This document shows, piece by piece, positions 38,852 to 52,280 of a stretch of DNA of 64,000 bases (position 1 is the first letter of the stretch; each line of letters starts with the position of its first letter). Origin of the DNA: Harriotta raleighana (lineage: Eukaryota); NCBI GenBank assembly GCA_050575255.1, contig JBNZDD010013687.1:599024-663023 (forward strand), written 5' to 3'. The notes under the pieces are model-generated. The model saw nothing but the letters and a program-made list of their open reading frames with translations, was not told where the DNA came from and did no database searches. A program made the translations under genes and the position numbers.

Positions 38852-39696
38852 TGGAAAGAGAGTTGATACTGTGTGTGAAGAGGAAAATTACCCAGCAGTG
38901 ATCGCTCTCGCCTTGACAAGCATGTCAAAGATAATAATAAAATCTATAGCGTTTGAATGAAATGAAACCAAGGATAGGAAATCTGGCCAAACTTCCATTT
39001 TTGTTGGGTTAGCTTCAAACCCAACCTTAAACCAGCCCAATTATTTGAACATGCATGGAAATGAATTATCAAATTAATTTAATATTGAAGCTTATTTTCT
39101 GTTCCTGAAATGTCATCGTTTGGCAACAAAACAGAAAGCAGAATGTTACATTTCTTTGGCAAACTCCTGAAACAAACTCAGTTGATTGTTTTCCTTTTCT
39201 ATGACTAATTGTTTGAGTACAGCCGGAATTCTGCCTTTTGACGTGAAAGCAAATGCCACAACCACAAAATCTTACATGTTTCCCAAGTCTTCCCTCACGT
39301 CTTTGCTGTCAGACACTGAAAGCAGGAGAGAATCTTTCAGTTTCCCCAAAAGGTCGGTAATAAATTAGCAGCAAGAATCCAGAGATACAGTTTCAGGGTT
39401 GCAAAGGACCATTTCATAACCGACACCAGCAAAAGTATTTATTTGCCAAAAGAATAATGACTGAAACTGATTTTCGGCCAGGATGTTGGACTCATTTTTG
39501 AAAAAAAAACAGCTTGTTGCTGTCACAGGTATTTTAGAAAATGATATGAAATGGGCTTTCTTTATCCAAACCTTTCTTGTGATCTTGTGTTTCTGGGAAT
39601 TATTTGGAAAAGGAATACAGGAGAATCAACACCTCATCTTCCTCTGCTTTTGTTTCCACTCCCAGGCTTGATTATCCTCATAAAGTACCCTATTGT

Positions 39697-40036
39697 GGAG
39701 TTTTGTTGCGTATTGGTTTGAATAACTAGGTTCGATTCCTGGCAGTGTGAAAACTTGGGCACTTTAAAGTTTCCTTACTCCACACACCATCTGTTTACCC
39801 AGCAGTAAGTAGGAACTCTGCTGTTAGTTGATTGGCGGATATCTTTTCCCAGATGAATAATCCGTTAAAAAAAAAATTGTTCCCCAAATCCAAAATGTTT
39901 CTGGGACACTGTTGTGCGCAATTGGCAGCTGCATTTCACCTAAATGTACAGTTAATTAACTTTGCAGTAAGTTCTGTGAAGCACTTTGAGATGTCTTGAC
40001 AATATGATATTATATCAAATGCAAGGATCATTATTA
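39697..40036 (+). mobile_element. tRNA-derived SINE, long subfamily
   Basis: B box ggttcgattcc, same body and tail as the short SINE, plus the extra segment ctgtttacccagcagtaagtaggaactctgctgttagttgattggcggat. Confidence 0.85.
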
Positions 40037-40616
40037 TAATTCTTTTATTCTAATACAAGAATCCTTCTAGATGTGGCAGCTTTGAAGTAGATTGCAATAG
40101 TTTCCATCTGCCAGTTACTTTCTCTTAGACTAAACTTCCCTCCGATAGCAATCCAACATAAATATACATTTCCACAGCTCAGACAGCAAGTAAGCCTGTG
40201 TTCAAATTTATGCCATTTGACACCAGAAGAGCTTTCATCTGGACTCGTGTGAATTGGATTGTTAGTGAATGCAACAAGTGTGTCCTCAATTTGAGTTTTT
40301 GCTGGGTCTAGCTGGAGGCACTATAATCTATCCAACAAGCAAATAAAGCATTTGCAATTGTTCACATTAATTCCAACAAAGATTCTAGTGGGCCCAAGTT
40401 GAATCTCATTTCCTGGTATTTTATTATTTGTCAGAAATGGTCCTGTTTGTTTAAATATTGATGATTGCCTCTTATACATTCAGAGCAAGAGAAACGAGAT
40501 GACAATTGAATGGACTAAGATGCATTTGTTAATACAATGCCAATATTATTGGTTCAAGCAATGCCTGTCACTAAAGCACAATACACAAAAGTACAGCAGA
40601 ATATGCTATAATAACA

Positions 40617-41840
40617 ATCATAGAATCATAGAATGTTCCGGCACAGAAGGAGGCCATTCGGCCCATCGAGTCTGTGCTGACTCTCTGACAGAGCAATGTC
40701 ACTTTTATTAACCCCAATCACCAGCTTTCTCCCCATAACCCTGCAANNNNNNNNNNNNNNNNNNNNNNNNNNNNNNNNNNNNNNNNNNNNNNNNNNNNNN
40801 NNNNNNNNNNNNNNNNNNNNNNNNNNNNNNNNNNNNNNNNNNNNNNNNNNNNNNNNNNNNNNNNNNNNNNNNNNNNNNNNNNNNNNNNNNNNNNNNNNNN
40901 NNNNNNNNNNNNNNNNNNNNNNNNNNNNNNNNNNNNNNNNNNNNNNNNNNNNNNNNNNNNNNNNNNNNNNNNNNNNNNNNNNNNNNNNNNNNNNNNNNNN
41001 NNNNNNNNNNNNNNNNNNNNNNNNNNNNNNNNNNNNNNNNNNNNNNNNNNNNNNNNNNNNNNNNNNNNNNNNNNNNNNNNNNNNNNNNNNNNNNNNNNNN
41101 NNNNNNNNNNNNNNNNNNNNNNNNNNNNNNNNNNNNNNNNNNNNNNNNNNNNNNNNNNNNNNNNNNNNNNNNNNNNNNNNNNNNNNNNNNNNNNNNNNNN
41201 NNNNNNNNNNNNNNNNNNNNNNNNNNNNNNNNNNNNNNNNNNNNNNNNNNNNNNNNNNNNNNNNNNNNNNNNNNNNNNNNNNNNNNNNNNNNNNNNNNNN
41301 NNNNNNNNNNNNNNNNNNNNNNNNNNNNNNNNNNNNNNNNNNNNNNNNNNNNNNNNNNNNNNNNNNNNNNNNNNNNNNNNNNNNNNNNNNNNNNNNNNNN
41401 NNNNNNNNNNNNNNNNNNNNNNNNNNNNNNNNNNNNNNNNNNNNNNNNNNNNNNNNNNNNNNNNNNNNNNNNNNNNNNNNNNNNNNNNNNNNNNNNNNNN
41501 NNNNNNNNNNNNNNNNNNNNNNNNNNNNNNNNNNNNNNNNNNNNNNNNNNNNNNNNNNNNNNNNNNNNNNNNNNNNNNNNNNNNNNNNNNNNNNNNNNNN
41601 NNNNNNNNNNNNNNNNNNNNNNNNNNNNNNNNNNNNNNNNNNNNNNNNNNNNNTATCTCCCACAGCAACCTTGGGTGAAACCCATCTGGTCCTGGTGACT
41701 TATCAATTTTGAGCTCAGTCAATCTTTTCAGAACTTCCTCTCTGTCTATACTAATCTGATCTATTTCCTCTACCCTCTCACCCAATTCTGCGGCATTTGG
41801 GGCATCCATTTCTGTTGTGAAGACAGATGCAAAGTACTTT
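40617..41840 (-). mobile_element. 5'-truncated CR1 LINE spanning an assembly gap
   Basis: Left end (catagaat)n tail and 3' UTR. Right part translates KYFASVFTTEMDAPNAAELGERVEEIDQISIDREEVLKRLTELKIDKSPGPDGFHPRLLWEI. N at 40747-41653. Confidence 0.9.
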
Positions 41841-43691
41841 ATTATTATAATGGGTTATGCGCAAAAGCACAGCAAGATTAGACGGTAATAATATGTTCTT
41901 ATGTTGAACACAGGATCAAATTGAAGACCGCGTATGGAAGTGGGGACGTTAAATTGAGTTTATTGATTGATAGTCAAGAAATAAAGCAAACCATATCCTG
42001 TTAAAACATTACAAATATCCTAAGAGTAAAATGGTACAAACAAAGGGGGGACTCGAAGCAATAAATGAACATCTAAAAACCTTCTGGCATTTTGCTCTGC
42101 TTTTTTCACTGACTCTTTAGAAATGAGACTGAACACAATGGGGCCTGACTGGTAAGAAAATGAGCTCATCAGTGATGGCAACCAAGCCCTTGTCTCAGCC
42201 ACCTCTTATCCCAAGATAATTCATAAGCTTTCCATTAAATCATAATTTGTAAAAAAAATACATATTTATCCTAGAGCCCTACACTTTGCTTCATTGGGCA
42301 GTTTAAACCGCCCACTTTCCACCTTCCGCCAAGAATCTGCAGAGCAATTTTAAGTTTCCTCAAACCGCACGTTCAGTTCCCAATCTCATGCTGGGTGGGG
42401 AAAGATAAAGGGATTCAGCTTGGCTGGAACCTTACTTGCCTACTGAGATTCTTTGGGATAATATTGGAAGGATATTATTCTCTGTGTTTGCAGCCCGCAG
42501 GCATATGTACTGTTTTTTTTCTCTCCAATGCACAATTCCTCTATGTGGGAGAATTGAATTTCATGTCCATGTCCTCAGATCCCTCTGTTTTTTGGCCAGT
42601 AATAGTTCAGCAGTGTTGCTTGGTCCCAGGTGCACACTGATGGATCTGTATCATTCGGAATGTGAGTTGCACATTAAATGGGTCTGAGTAACTGTGGATG
42701 TGAGTTGCAGAGACCAAGTCAGTCAGGCACACAAAAAAAGACTGCACTATGGGGGGTAGGGGGAAGCAGTCAGTGATATCGAAATGGCTTTGCATAATGG
42801 TAGCTAATCAATTATTAACATGGGAATAAGCCTGTGCAAATCTCTACCTAGTGAAGAAAACAGAGGTGGTCAGGAAGTAGTCTAGAATATGTAGTGAATG
42901 ACAGGGCATAACATTGGAACTTTGTAAGCTTTTAAAGTGTGCAGCTGGGGTCAAAATTGTTATGTTAAATGGGATGGAATTGTTCCATGTACCACGCAGA
43001 GTCCACATTTTCGTGCAAGTCTAGTAATGAGCAACTGCAGATGAATGATGATGGAATCACTCTGGTCTGCATTCCTCATCGAGATAAGCTGCAGGTAAAT
43101 TCTTGAGCTCTTGTTTTTCAAGCCTGCAGCTGTTGGTGGGATCACAACCTTGTCAAGTTTCATCAATTTTCAATGAAGAGTCACTGATTTTTGTGGGAGA
43201 ATGGGAGAGTGGATTGTAAATGCAACTTAACAGTCTCGATGTTAAAATCTTAAAGGCCTCTGCGTACTTCACTCAGCTTGCGATCGCTCTTCTTTTCATT
43301 AAATCTTACTGTCAGCATTGGCCTGACCTTGGCAATTATGGGATCATCTCTCGCTGTGGGCTGTGGGATCACAAGTTCAAATTAGCTCTTGTAGCTCCAG
43401 TCTGGAATGGTCAGAATCTCCCCTCATGCAATCTCCAAAACATATCTCCACGTTACTATGTTTTACATTCTCGGAGATGTTTGTTCATTGTGTTAACTGC
43501 CTGAACAACACTGCAAAACGTGCGATGAAATATCAACTAAATAGCGTGCGAAACAGGTAGAGGGCAGGTACATTTATTAGACAAGCTTATCTCATGTTTG
43601 GAGATCTCGTTCAAGCAAACAACAGTCGAAAATCTGATGATTTCTCCCAATCGTTTGGCAAATAGTGAACAAATGAAAACAAACAAATGAA

Positions 43692-43800
43692 TAAATAATA
43701 AATAATCCTTGCATTTGTTTTACATATCAGGAAGCTGTCTCGATGCGCTTCACAGGATTTACCCTAATGTGTAGTGACAGTGCATTTTGTAGGTGAGCAT
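43692..43800 (-). mobile_element. SINE tail fragment
   Basis: aataatccttgcatttg...tgtctcgatgcgcttcacagg. Confidence 0.6.
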
Positions 43801-46489
43801 GACCCTTTTAACCTGTTCTGGCAGTAATACAGATATTACGACAGATAATNGTTTAAGAACTATCTTTGGTTTCCAGTTAAATTCTACCAGTGCCCTTCGA
43901 CTGGGATGCAACATGAGTGGGATGCAACATGTATCCCGTTGGTCCTTGTGATTCAATTGCCACATGTTGGGTCAGTCATCAAATTAATAACTAGATGTAA
44001 ATTATTGTGAATTCCTGGTCTAGATTGGAGTTTCTCACTGTGATCCCTTTTACGATGGCCTCTTGTAAGCACAAATGATATCTTATCAGATATTGTATCT
44101 TGTCATTCTAAATATTACATCCATTGATTTTTTTATTTCAAAAACATTCAGATCTGTAATAAATGTTTTGTAGACAGTCCTGTCTACTTTCTCAGATAGT
44201 GAAGAGTGTCTCCCCAAGGCTCTAGCCAATTCATTGCTATGCAGGATATATGCATATTGGCTGGTGACTTTGCCTACAAATACACAATCACTACACTTAA
44301 CAGAATCCCTATGAAATGCTTCAAGGCAGTGACTGTAGCTACATGTGGATGGTCTCTTTCATTCTGTCGTCCATGTTATCAATATCTTTTCCTCTGACAT
44401 TGTTGATAACACCACTGGCAACCTGGGTTTGAGGCTAAGGCATTGTGCTATATCACGCTTCACTGTGCAGTCCAAACACAGAACTGATACTGCAGTCAGT
44501 ATCGCTTCCTTTAAAACTTCCAAGAATTTAAAAAGGAACAATAGAATGTGCAAACTTCTGTACCAAATGGCACTGAAGGGTGAGGTGTTCATAGAAGAAA
44601 CATTTTAGTGGTCGCTGGGGACCTGTCCCACTTTACAAAGACACAAGTATCTTTTGTTTCATGGAGATCAGCATATGAGATCAGTCTGTAGCTAAGACAC
44701 AGAGTAGCATAGTGTGGAGACTCTACACCAAATTTTTATGCTCCCAAGGGATGTAATGACTCTTTCATAGACATTAGCTCTCTGTATTAGAACTGATCTT
44801 CAGTTGCTCCACAGAAGGTACAACTGGAATAGTAATCTGCTCAAGGACTGAACATCCTTTATTGCTCGCAACATTTCTTACGTTGGATTCCCATAAATCA
44901 TTCAAATATTCTACAAAATGTGAATTCCAAAGACAATGATGTAAAACGTTGCTGTTGAGTTAATACGAGTGCTGCCTACTGCGTTTTTCTGGAAATAAAA
45001 CTCATAACAAGTGTATAAAGAGGAGTGAACAAGGACATAATCAGTGATACAATATCAGATCAATGATCCTTCCTCTATGGAAAATATGGTATATTTACCC
45101 CTAATGCTTAGTTGTGCCTGGTCTGACCACTTTATCTTCCCTCACATATGCATTCACTTACAAAGTAAAGTCGTTGCACCTAATAATAAGACCGTCGAAA
45201 TGTCCTCCTGATGTGAAAGGCACCATATCAAACATAAGTATTATTATATTCATCAAGCTGTGGAAAATTACAATCAATTTAATTTCAAGTTTTCCTCATG
45301 TAGGAATTTCACCCCTGTGTGTCTACTACTTTGACCCTCTTATCTGCTCTGCTCTTTAGTTCACAGTTCACACTTACTGCTGTAGCATCCATGCCATCCC
45401 TCATAATCCTGAGTGTTTGTTGCAAAGTACCTTTAATGCAGTTTAACTCAGAAACACAGGTTAAAAAAACAACTGTGCTCCAGCTGTGTGAAGTGAGCAT
45501 ATTTTAAAAGTTTGGAAGCTCCAAGTTAGCAATGATTAAAACCAAAAGCCAACCATTGTAATAGTTTTTCTGCAATTAATTAGTAAATTTTCCACAGCTG
45601 GATGGGTAATGTTACTGTTCGCGTAAGAAAGGGATTTCCTGGCAAGTGAAAAAATGTTTTTCTGCAGTCGCTGAATCAAGGCAGCTTTCAGAGCTCGAAA
45701 CAATAACCTACCGTTTTCCAAGAAAAGTAAATCTGATTCCGGTTGTGTTCAGCCGCAATTCATATTTTTCTATAACCCATCCATACACCAAGTAGGGAAT
45801 GATTTTTCCTGTTTTCTTTGTTCTTAAAATCAACACTTGAATCTGCGCGATGGATCTGGTCAGTTAATGTGTTTTTCATTATGCTGACAGGTTACAAAAG
45901 TATCATGAGTTCACTCTACCTACCAATCAAACAAACAGCTCCATGGGGTTTGATCCAAGGCTGAAAGAAAATGCAATTCATTACAATTTAATATTGAATG
46001 CAGAGCCTTAAGAAGGAATGAATGCCTTTTTTTTTACAACCCTGTAATTGAAATCCTTTCTCAGTTCAGCTGTCTCCCCCCACACCTCCTGAGTCAGATA
46101 TCTTATTTTTCCTTTCTTGCCTGCGTCTTTGCCCTTGTTCTCAAAAAACTTATTTGTTTTCCAAAGTCTGTTTCGAATTCGGAGGCAGCAACACACATTA
46201 TTATACAGTTTCTGGAATGTATGTAAATACCTCAAGGACAAGTATGTGTACCAAGAAAATCACTTCAGCCCCACTCCCATGACCACAATTCATGGGCCTG
46301 AGAGTACACATAGCGTGACTGTAGAGTAAACCACAGCTCACAGATGTGTGTACCGTTCACATCAAACACCATTGTTTTCTTTGGTTATGTTTTCATTTTA
46401 ATTTATGATGCTGTAAGAGGTTTGATGTGAGTCACACATCTCGTACTGAAAGAGCTGGAAAGTCATATTCAGTTGATTCTCTGTGCACC

Positions 46490-46752
46490 TATAATTCAGG
46501 AGGATGTTAAAGCTCCCATTGCATTATTTGAAAAGAGAGGGAAGTTTCTCCCAGTGTTCTGACCAAAAAACAATCTCCCAAATTAAACTGATCATTCAAT
46601 TCATGGCTGTCTGAGGGACATTGCTATGCGCAATTTAGATGCTTAATTTGTTTACAAGATACATAATGATTCAATTTTACCCTATATCCTATGAAAATCT
46701 TTGAAACATTTTCCCGATGTGAAATGTGCTACAACAAATATAAGGATTATAA
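46490..46752 (+). mobile_element. Deu-SINE 3' part
   Basis: ttcaggaggatgttaaagctcccattgcattatttgaaaagagagggaagtttctccc ... caaatataaggattat. Confidence 0.75.
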
Positions 46753-46754
46753 AT

Positions 46755-47063
46755 GGAGTCCTGGAGCTCAGCGGGTAGAGCACATGTCTTACAAGCGAGA
46801 GACTTGGGTTCGATTCCAGGCTGGGCGAAACCTTGGTCAAGTTTCCTTACTCCACATGCCTGATAATAATCTCTCAAGAAAAAAAAATAACTTGGTAATT
46901 ACATTCCATGACGATTTGTGGGACACTGCTGTATGCAATTGACTGCCACATTTCACCCACAAATACACAGTCAATTTACTCTACAGTATATTCTGTGACG
47001 CTCTTTGAGACATCTAGAAGACGTGAAAAGTGCTTTATCAAATGCAAGGAGTATTATTATTAT
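46755..47063 (+). mobile_element. tRNA-derived SINE, short subfamily, full length
   Basis: ggagtcctggagctcagcgggtagagc...gggttcgattccaggc head and a complete tail. It sits directly on the tail of the preceding Deu-SINE. Confidence 0.93.
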
Positions 47064-50000
47064 AACAAGAAACACAATACACACATCTCTCAGTGGCTGG
47101 CTTCATATGAAAAAATATATCTGACTGCCATTTCATTAAGAAAGCAATATTAGCAGACTTTCAAAGTATAGGAAGTCGATTCATTGGTGATCTGGCGGTC
47201 TGGCCATCAGCCATCAATCTTCACTATTTCCTTATAATGCAGCCTCTGAGATATTGCACCCAGATGATCCAGTTATAACAAGTAGTAAACCATCTATATT
47301 TCGCAGCGATTCAGCACTGATTACAATGGTCTGAAGCAACTCAGCAAGTAGGAAAGGATGACAGCCTTGATTAAGGTAGGAAATCTTATTAAGCATCATT
47401 CTGATCAAGCCCATTTGCTTTTGTTAATACAGCTATATATCACAATACGATATTGTAGCTGGTCACCAAAGGATGTTAATATTTTCTTGAAATATCTGCC
47501 TGCAGATCTAATGGTATGACTGATGACATCAGTCATCAGGTTGGGAATTCTGACTCGGAAGTTTAATTGTGTGAAGACAGCAACAACAACAAAATTACAT
47601 TGATAGAGCAGTGGCATAAAGTAATTAGAAAGTAATTAACAAATTTTACAATTGATATACTGTACCAAGATTATGAGCTTCATCTTTTTCAAACGTATTA
47701 CTGTATAATGTTTTCAAGTTTTGTACACATTATGTATTGTTTTGTTTAGCGTTAAAAATCTCATGGGGAAAAACAAATTATATTGGAGTAGGTTTGTGAT
47801 TGAATGATCAAAGCGCTGAAAGCATAAGGCTTTTGTGATATGTGATATCTATAGTGGAATAGCACAAGTTAATAGTAATAGAAATAAAAATGGAGTTGAG
47901 GTTTGTAGATGGTTGACACATGAATGGGTTTAAGATTTTTTTTGAGAAGTTGTAAGAACTGGCTCTGAGCTGCCAGTACATTCAGTTCTTCTGAAATAAT
48001 CCTCATACATAATTACAAAATGAATCCTGGAGTATAATTTGAGAACTCTAGACATTTGGAGAAACCTCTCTTTCACACTTTGCTTTTGGTGGCTTGAATT
48101 TGGCAAAAAAAAAGAAAGGTTTGTTGTTTGACACAACTAAAATGTTTCCGATTCAAGTTTTGGAAGCACGCATTGATGAGAGTATTGGTAAGACAACAAA
48201 TCAATGGACACCAACAAATGGCTGGCTCAGGTTGCAAGACCACCTTGAATGCCAGCTTCACCTAAAGGAATTGGCTCTCAAACGCAGAAGCAAAAATTTA
48301 TCTTTGAAAAGGGAATTTTTATTATCGTCCACAAACAGTAGTTATGAAATGTGAAATGTCAGCTGATCGGCTGACAATAATAGTAAGTGAGACAACGACA
48401 ACTTGTGTTTATATAGCGTGCTTCACACGGGGCAGTGTCTCAGTGCATTCCTTATCTACACCCAAACCTGAACTGATATGGCACTTGGGTTTCTTCTGAA
48501 GATCAACATTCACATCACCGGGCTTGATAGGGTAAATTATTGGTAAATTGTGTGAGCGTGGTTAGGTGTTCATGAGTGAACGTAATATGTGGGAGGGAGA
48601 GAGGGATCTTTTCCCTGGCACTTCCTGTTAAAGTTTCCTTCCAGTTGCCGGATATTGCTGGCATGGAGATGACCTCTGTAAGCAAAACTGTCTCACCCTT
48701 AGAATTGTGAGGGAGTGAGTACATTTGGAGGTAAGATCTCGAGTAAGACTTTAAAATCATGACCTCCTAACTGTTCCAAACAAAGCTATAATTTTGCATA
48801 TTTTCTACTGAAAACAATTGTTCTGAGATTTAATGATTACATAACGTCAACATTTCGCTGTACAGAGCCTATTATAATTACTGTTAAACATTTACGGGAG
48901 TCTGCGAATAATAATGGCCATCCCCTTGATGCTTATTTCCATTATGTTGAATGTTTATGTAAGATTTATAACATTTTCACAATATAACACCTGAGAGCAG
49001 TTTAACAGTGAGTGCAGAGAGTATCCAGCATTTGTTTTTTTTTCTTGCATTTTGTAATGAGTTAAACAACCATTTTAGCTCTCTCCAGTTAATACAGTTA
49101 GACATTAAGGAAAGGTTTATTAACTTGCTTGGCACTGATGGGTGGCTGTGCTAGGTTTGCATATTCATAGTACAGTACTACATAATCAAAAGCTGTCCAG
49201 GCAGATGATGGTGGAATGGAGCATCTGTGAAAGTTGGACATAAGTACAGCTTAAAACAAATGGTTTTGTTGAAAATTTACTGAAACATGATATCGTCATT
49301 TCTTCCACTATTAATTCAATGAACTTCCTCATTAATAATTAATTATTGCATTTTATATGGCGCCGTATACAAAGGATAACATCTCGGAACACGTAAGCTA
49401 TTCAGTTGCCCTTCATCCACTGGACTTTTATTTGTCCATGTTTTTTCATGCCCCGAGCATGAGATAATGCCTATCCAGAAAAAAAATGAGGCTTTGCAAG
49501 TGTTTGGCTTTGTTTTCCCCTCTTAAATAAGACCCCATACTAACCTAAGTGCGGTGATGTGAAGATGGGATCACGAACGTGGTTGGTCTTCAGGTTTAAA
49601 CCATGCAGAACACTTTCTGATGATGGTATAAGTTTGAGATTACCCACACCCTGACATGATTTATTTGCTCTTGGCAAAAGCATGTGAGAGCAACATGTGT
49701 CCATGGTCTCACTTTAGAAATGCAACACGCTGGTGGAAGGGTTTCTCTCCTGGGACCTGACTGCACCTGTGCCAAGAACAAGCCTTCATTCTTTGTCTTC
49801 GATCAATGACATTTACTTATGCTGCACATACATGGTATTATGGGAAATATCTTCTCTTGCGCTTTTCTCTATCTCCGTCTCTTGTATTCGGTGTTCCGTT
49901 TCAATGCAGAACAAAAGAAGTCATTCCTGAGGAGAATGATGGTGGTGTGTTTATTTTGGCAGGTTATTTCTTTCTCTTCTCACCTGTTTGTTTTTCAGTC

Positions 50001-50870
50001 GGCGTTACTGTTAAAATTCAAAAGCACACTTTCACATCCTTCTGACCGTATCTTTTTCTGTTATTTCTCTTTAAACGTCTCCCTTCCTCCTCTCCTCAGA
50101 TGGGCAGATGGGTGACTTTGGTCAAAAAGTAGCACTGCTTCCCCCTTTTAAGGGGATAAGATCAGCAACTAAACCAATAAAGTGTTTCAACCGCAGAGTA
50201 AGCATCACAACAACTTGTATTTCGCACAATTTTCAACACTCCTCCGCCTCTCCCCCCCCTCTCTGTTACTGGAACTAGTAGAATTTTCAGTGTTAACATG
50301 CTACCAGTGAAAACAGCCTGGATTTTTGGGGGACGTGAGGTTTTGAGGGAATGTGTATGTCACAGGCTAACTGTCGTTCCAGGCATTTTTAGCCACGATT
50401 GCTGTGTGATATTTCTTTGTATCTCCAATATTAATTGTGGAAAACGTAACAGCAAGAAGATGAGCAGTTGTAGAACTGATACAATCACAAATTACACTTG
50501 TGTAGCACCCTTCAAGTTGGAAAGACATCCCGGGGCCCTGGGATTCAGTTACAACACACAGTTTAAATCACAATTGGGTAGGAGTAGTTTCAATTAGTTT
50601 GTTGAGATTAGCTCATTAGGGGTTTCCCATTAGCACAGCATGGTACATACATCTGCTGTTCTGTAATTTGAATGTTGCTGCCAATGAATAGACAGCTCTT
50701 CAATCTTTAGTTTTCCGTGCGGTCTAGTTGCAACAAGGAGTGGCTGAAAAATGTCCGGAAAGACTTTGCGTGGACGATGTGAAGGGACTAACATTGGCTT
50801 CAAGGTTTGGAATCACTTCTTAAACTTTGTCATCGACACCCACCCTGTCCCACAAAGAACAAAAAACAGA

Positions 50871-51164
50871 ATAAATAATAATGCTTGCATTTGATATAGC
50901 GCTTTTCACGTCTTCTGGACATCTCAACGTGCTTCACAGAGTACATTGTAAAGTGAAAGTGAATTAACTGTATATTTGTGGGCGAAAGTATGGCAGTGTC
51001 CCATAAACAGCTGTGGATTGAAAATCACCAAGTTGCTTTTTTTTGGAGAGATTATTATTAGGCATGTGGATAAGGAAACTTGCCCATGGTTTCGTCCTGC
51101 CTGGAATTGAACCAGGTCTCTGGCATGCAAGGCGAGTGCTCTAACCACTGAGCTACAGGACTCC
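50871..51164 (-). mobile_element. tRNA-derived SINE, short subfamily, full length
   Basis: Reverse complement: ggagtcctgtagctcagtggttagagcactcgccttgcatgccagagacctggttcaattccaggc, with a TGC (Ala) anticodon-like loop. Confidence 0.93.
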
Positions 51165-51274
51165 ACACAAATATATTTTATAAAACAAATTCTTAATCAG
51201 CTCCCTATTAAAAGACAATTCACGGGGCACCCATTTAAGAGTTTAGCTGCTGTTTCATAGGGCTCCCTATTCAG

Positions 51275-51331
51275 CACCTGGCGATGTCCTCCCAATGTGA
51301 AAGGCACTTTACAAATGTAATGTTGTTGTTC
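51275..51331 (+). mobile_element. L2 3' tip
   Basis: gcacctggcgatgtcctcccaatgtgaaaggcactttacaaatgtaatgttgttgtt. Confidence 0.75.
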
Positions 51332-52214
51332 GCTGTTGTTTCACAGGGTTTGAGCAATATTGAACACTGTACAGAAAATAAAAACTTTGTTATGTTCTTT
51401 TGAAAGTGTCACCCACAATGGCTATCATTCCATAAACACTTCATCCATTTGAATGTCCTCGTTAATAAAGGAACAAAAATGGCCCAGAAAAATGGCTTAT
51501 TCCCTGTGACAAATACCCTAACTGTTTTTCAGTAAATAAAAAACAGTTAATGTTTCATATTATGACTAACCCGCTTTAAGATGATTGGAGCAAGGAGCCT
51601 GATCTATACTGTCTGCTTCCAGTCTGTCCCACCCAGAGCCAAGGGGAATTCCATGTGTGTGCACCTAAATGGATGTGAAGAAATCCCTGTTGCCCGGGGC
51701 TTCTTTGGTTGATTTTTTCATTTTATTGAACAAATCAGTCAGTTGAAAGTTATTGAGCAGAGGCTACATCAGTGGGCTGTGCTTGAATTTACATTGTAGC
51801 TATGTGAATCTGTTCTTGTGTTGTGAGTGTGTGTATGTGAGGTGGGGTGGGAAATTCCATTAGATAATGGTTGGTGTAAAAGTGAGTATGTAGATCTCCT
51901 TACCTTTTGTGGAGACTGCCTCAGTGTTCCTGTTACTTGATGTGGCAGATACAAAGGGACTGACATTGGTGTGCAGTAGCTGCAAGGGGGAAAATAAATT
52001 CCCAATCAGCTCCCCATTCAGAAACCATAAGAATCCCTTTGTTCATACTTTCTTCTCCAAACTTCAATGATACTATCTTAGTTTGCGTCTGTTCTGTTAG
52101 CAATGTATTTACATTGCAAACCTCAGATGAGAGATTCTCAAATTTGCACGAAATCTACATATGCAACACAAGCGACTTTAAAAGCTCTTGATATTCATTC
52201 AGAAAAGAAAATGG

Positions 52215-52280
52215 GTTGAAAATGGCACAGAGACAATGGGTCAAATGGCCCCTTCTGTGTAGAAAACATCTCTGTTTGTG
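52215..52280 (+). mobile_element. CR1 extreme 3' end
   Basis: ggcacagagacaatgggtcaaatggccccttctgtgt matches 20480-20515. Confidence 0.65.

Noticed and set aside
40626-41809. Four 332-363 aa ORFs in the ORF track
   Set aside because: They are runs of X across the N gap. Only the CR1-derived flank is meaningful.
51095-51164. tRNA-Ala-like sequences at SINE heads (also 18126, ~31280, 46755, 53460)
   Set aside because: No complete acceptor stem, and each continues into the SINE body. They are SINE heads, not tRNA genes.
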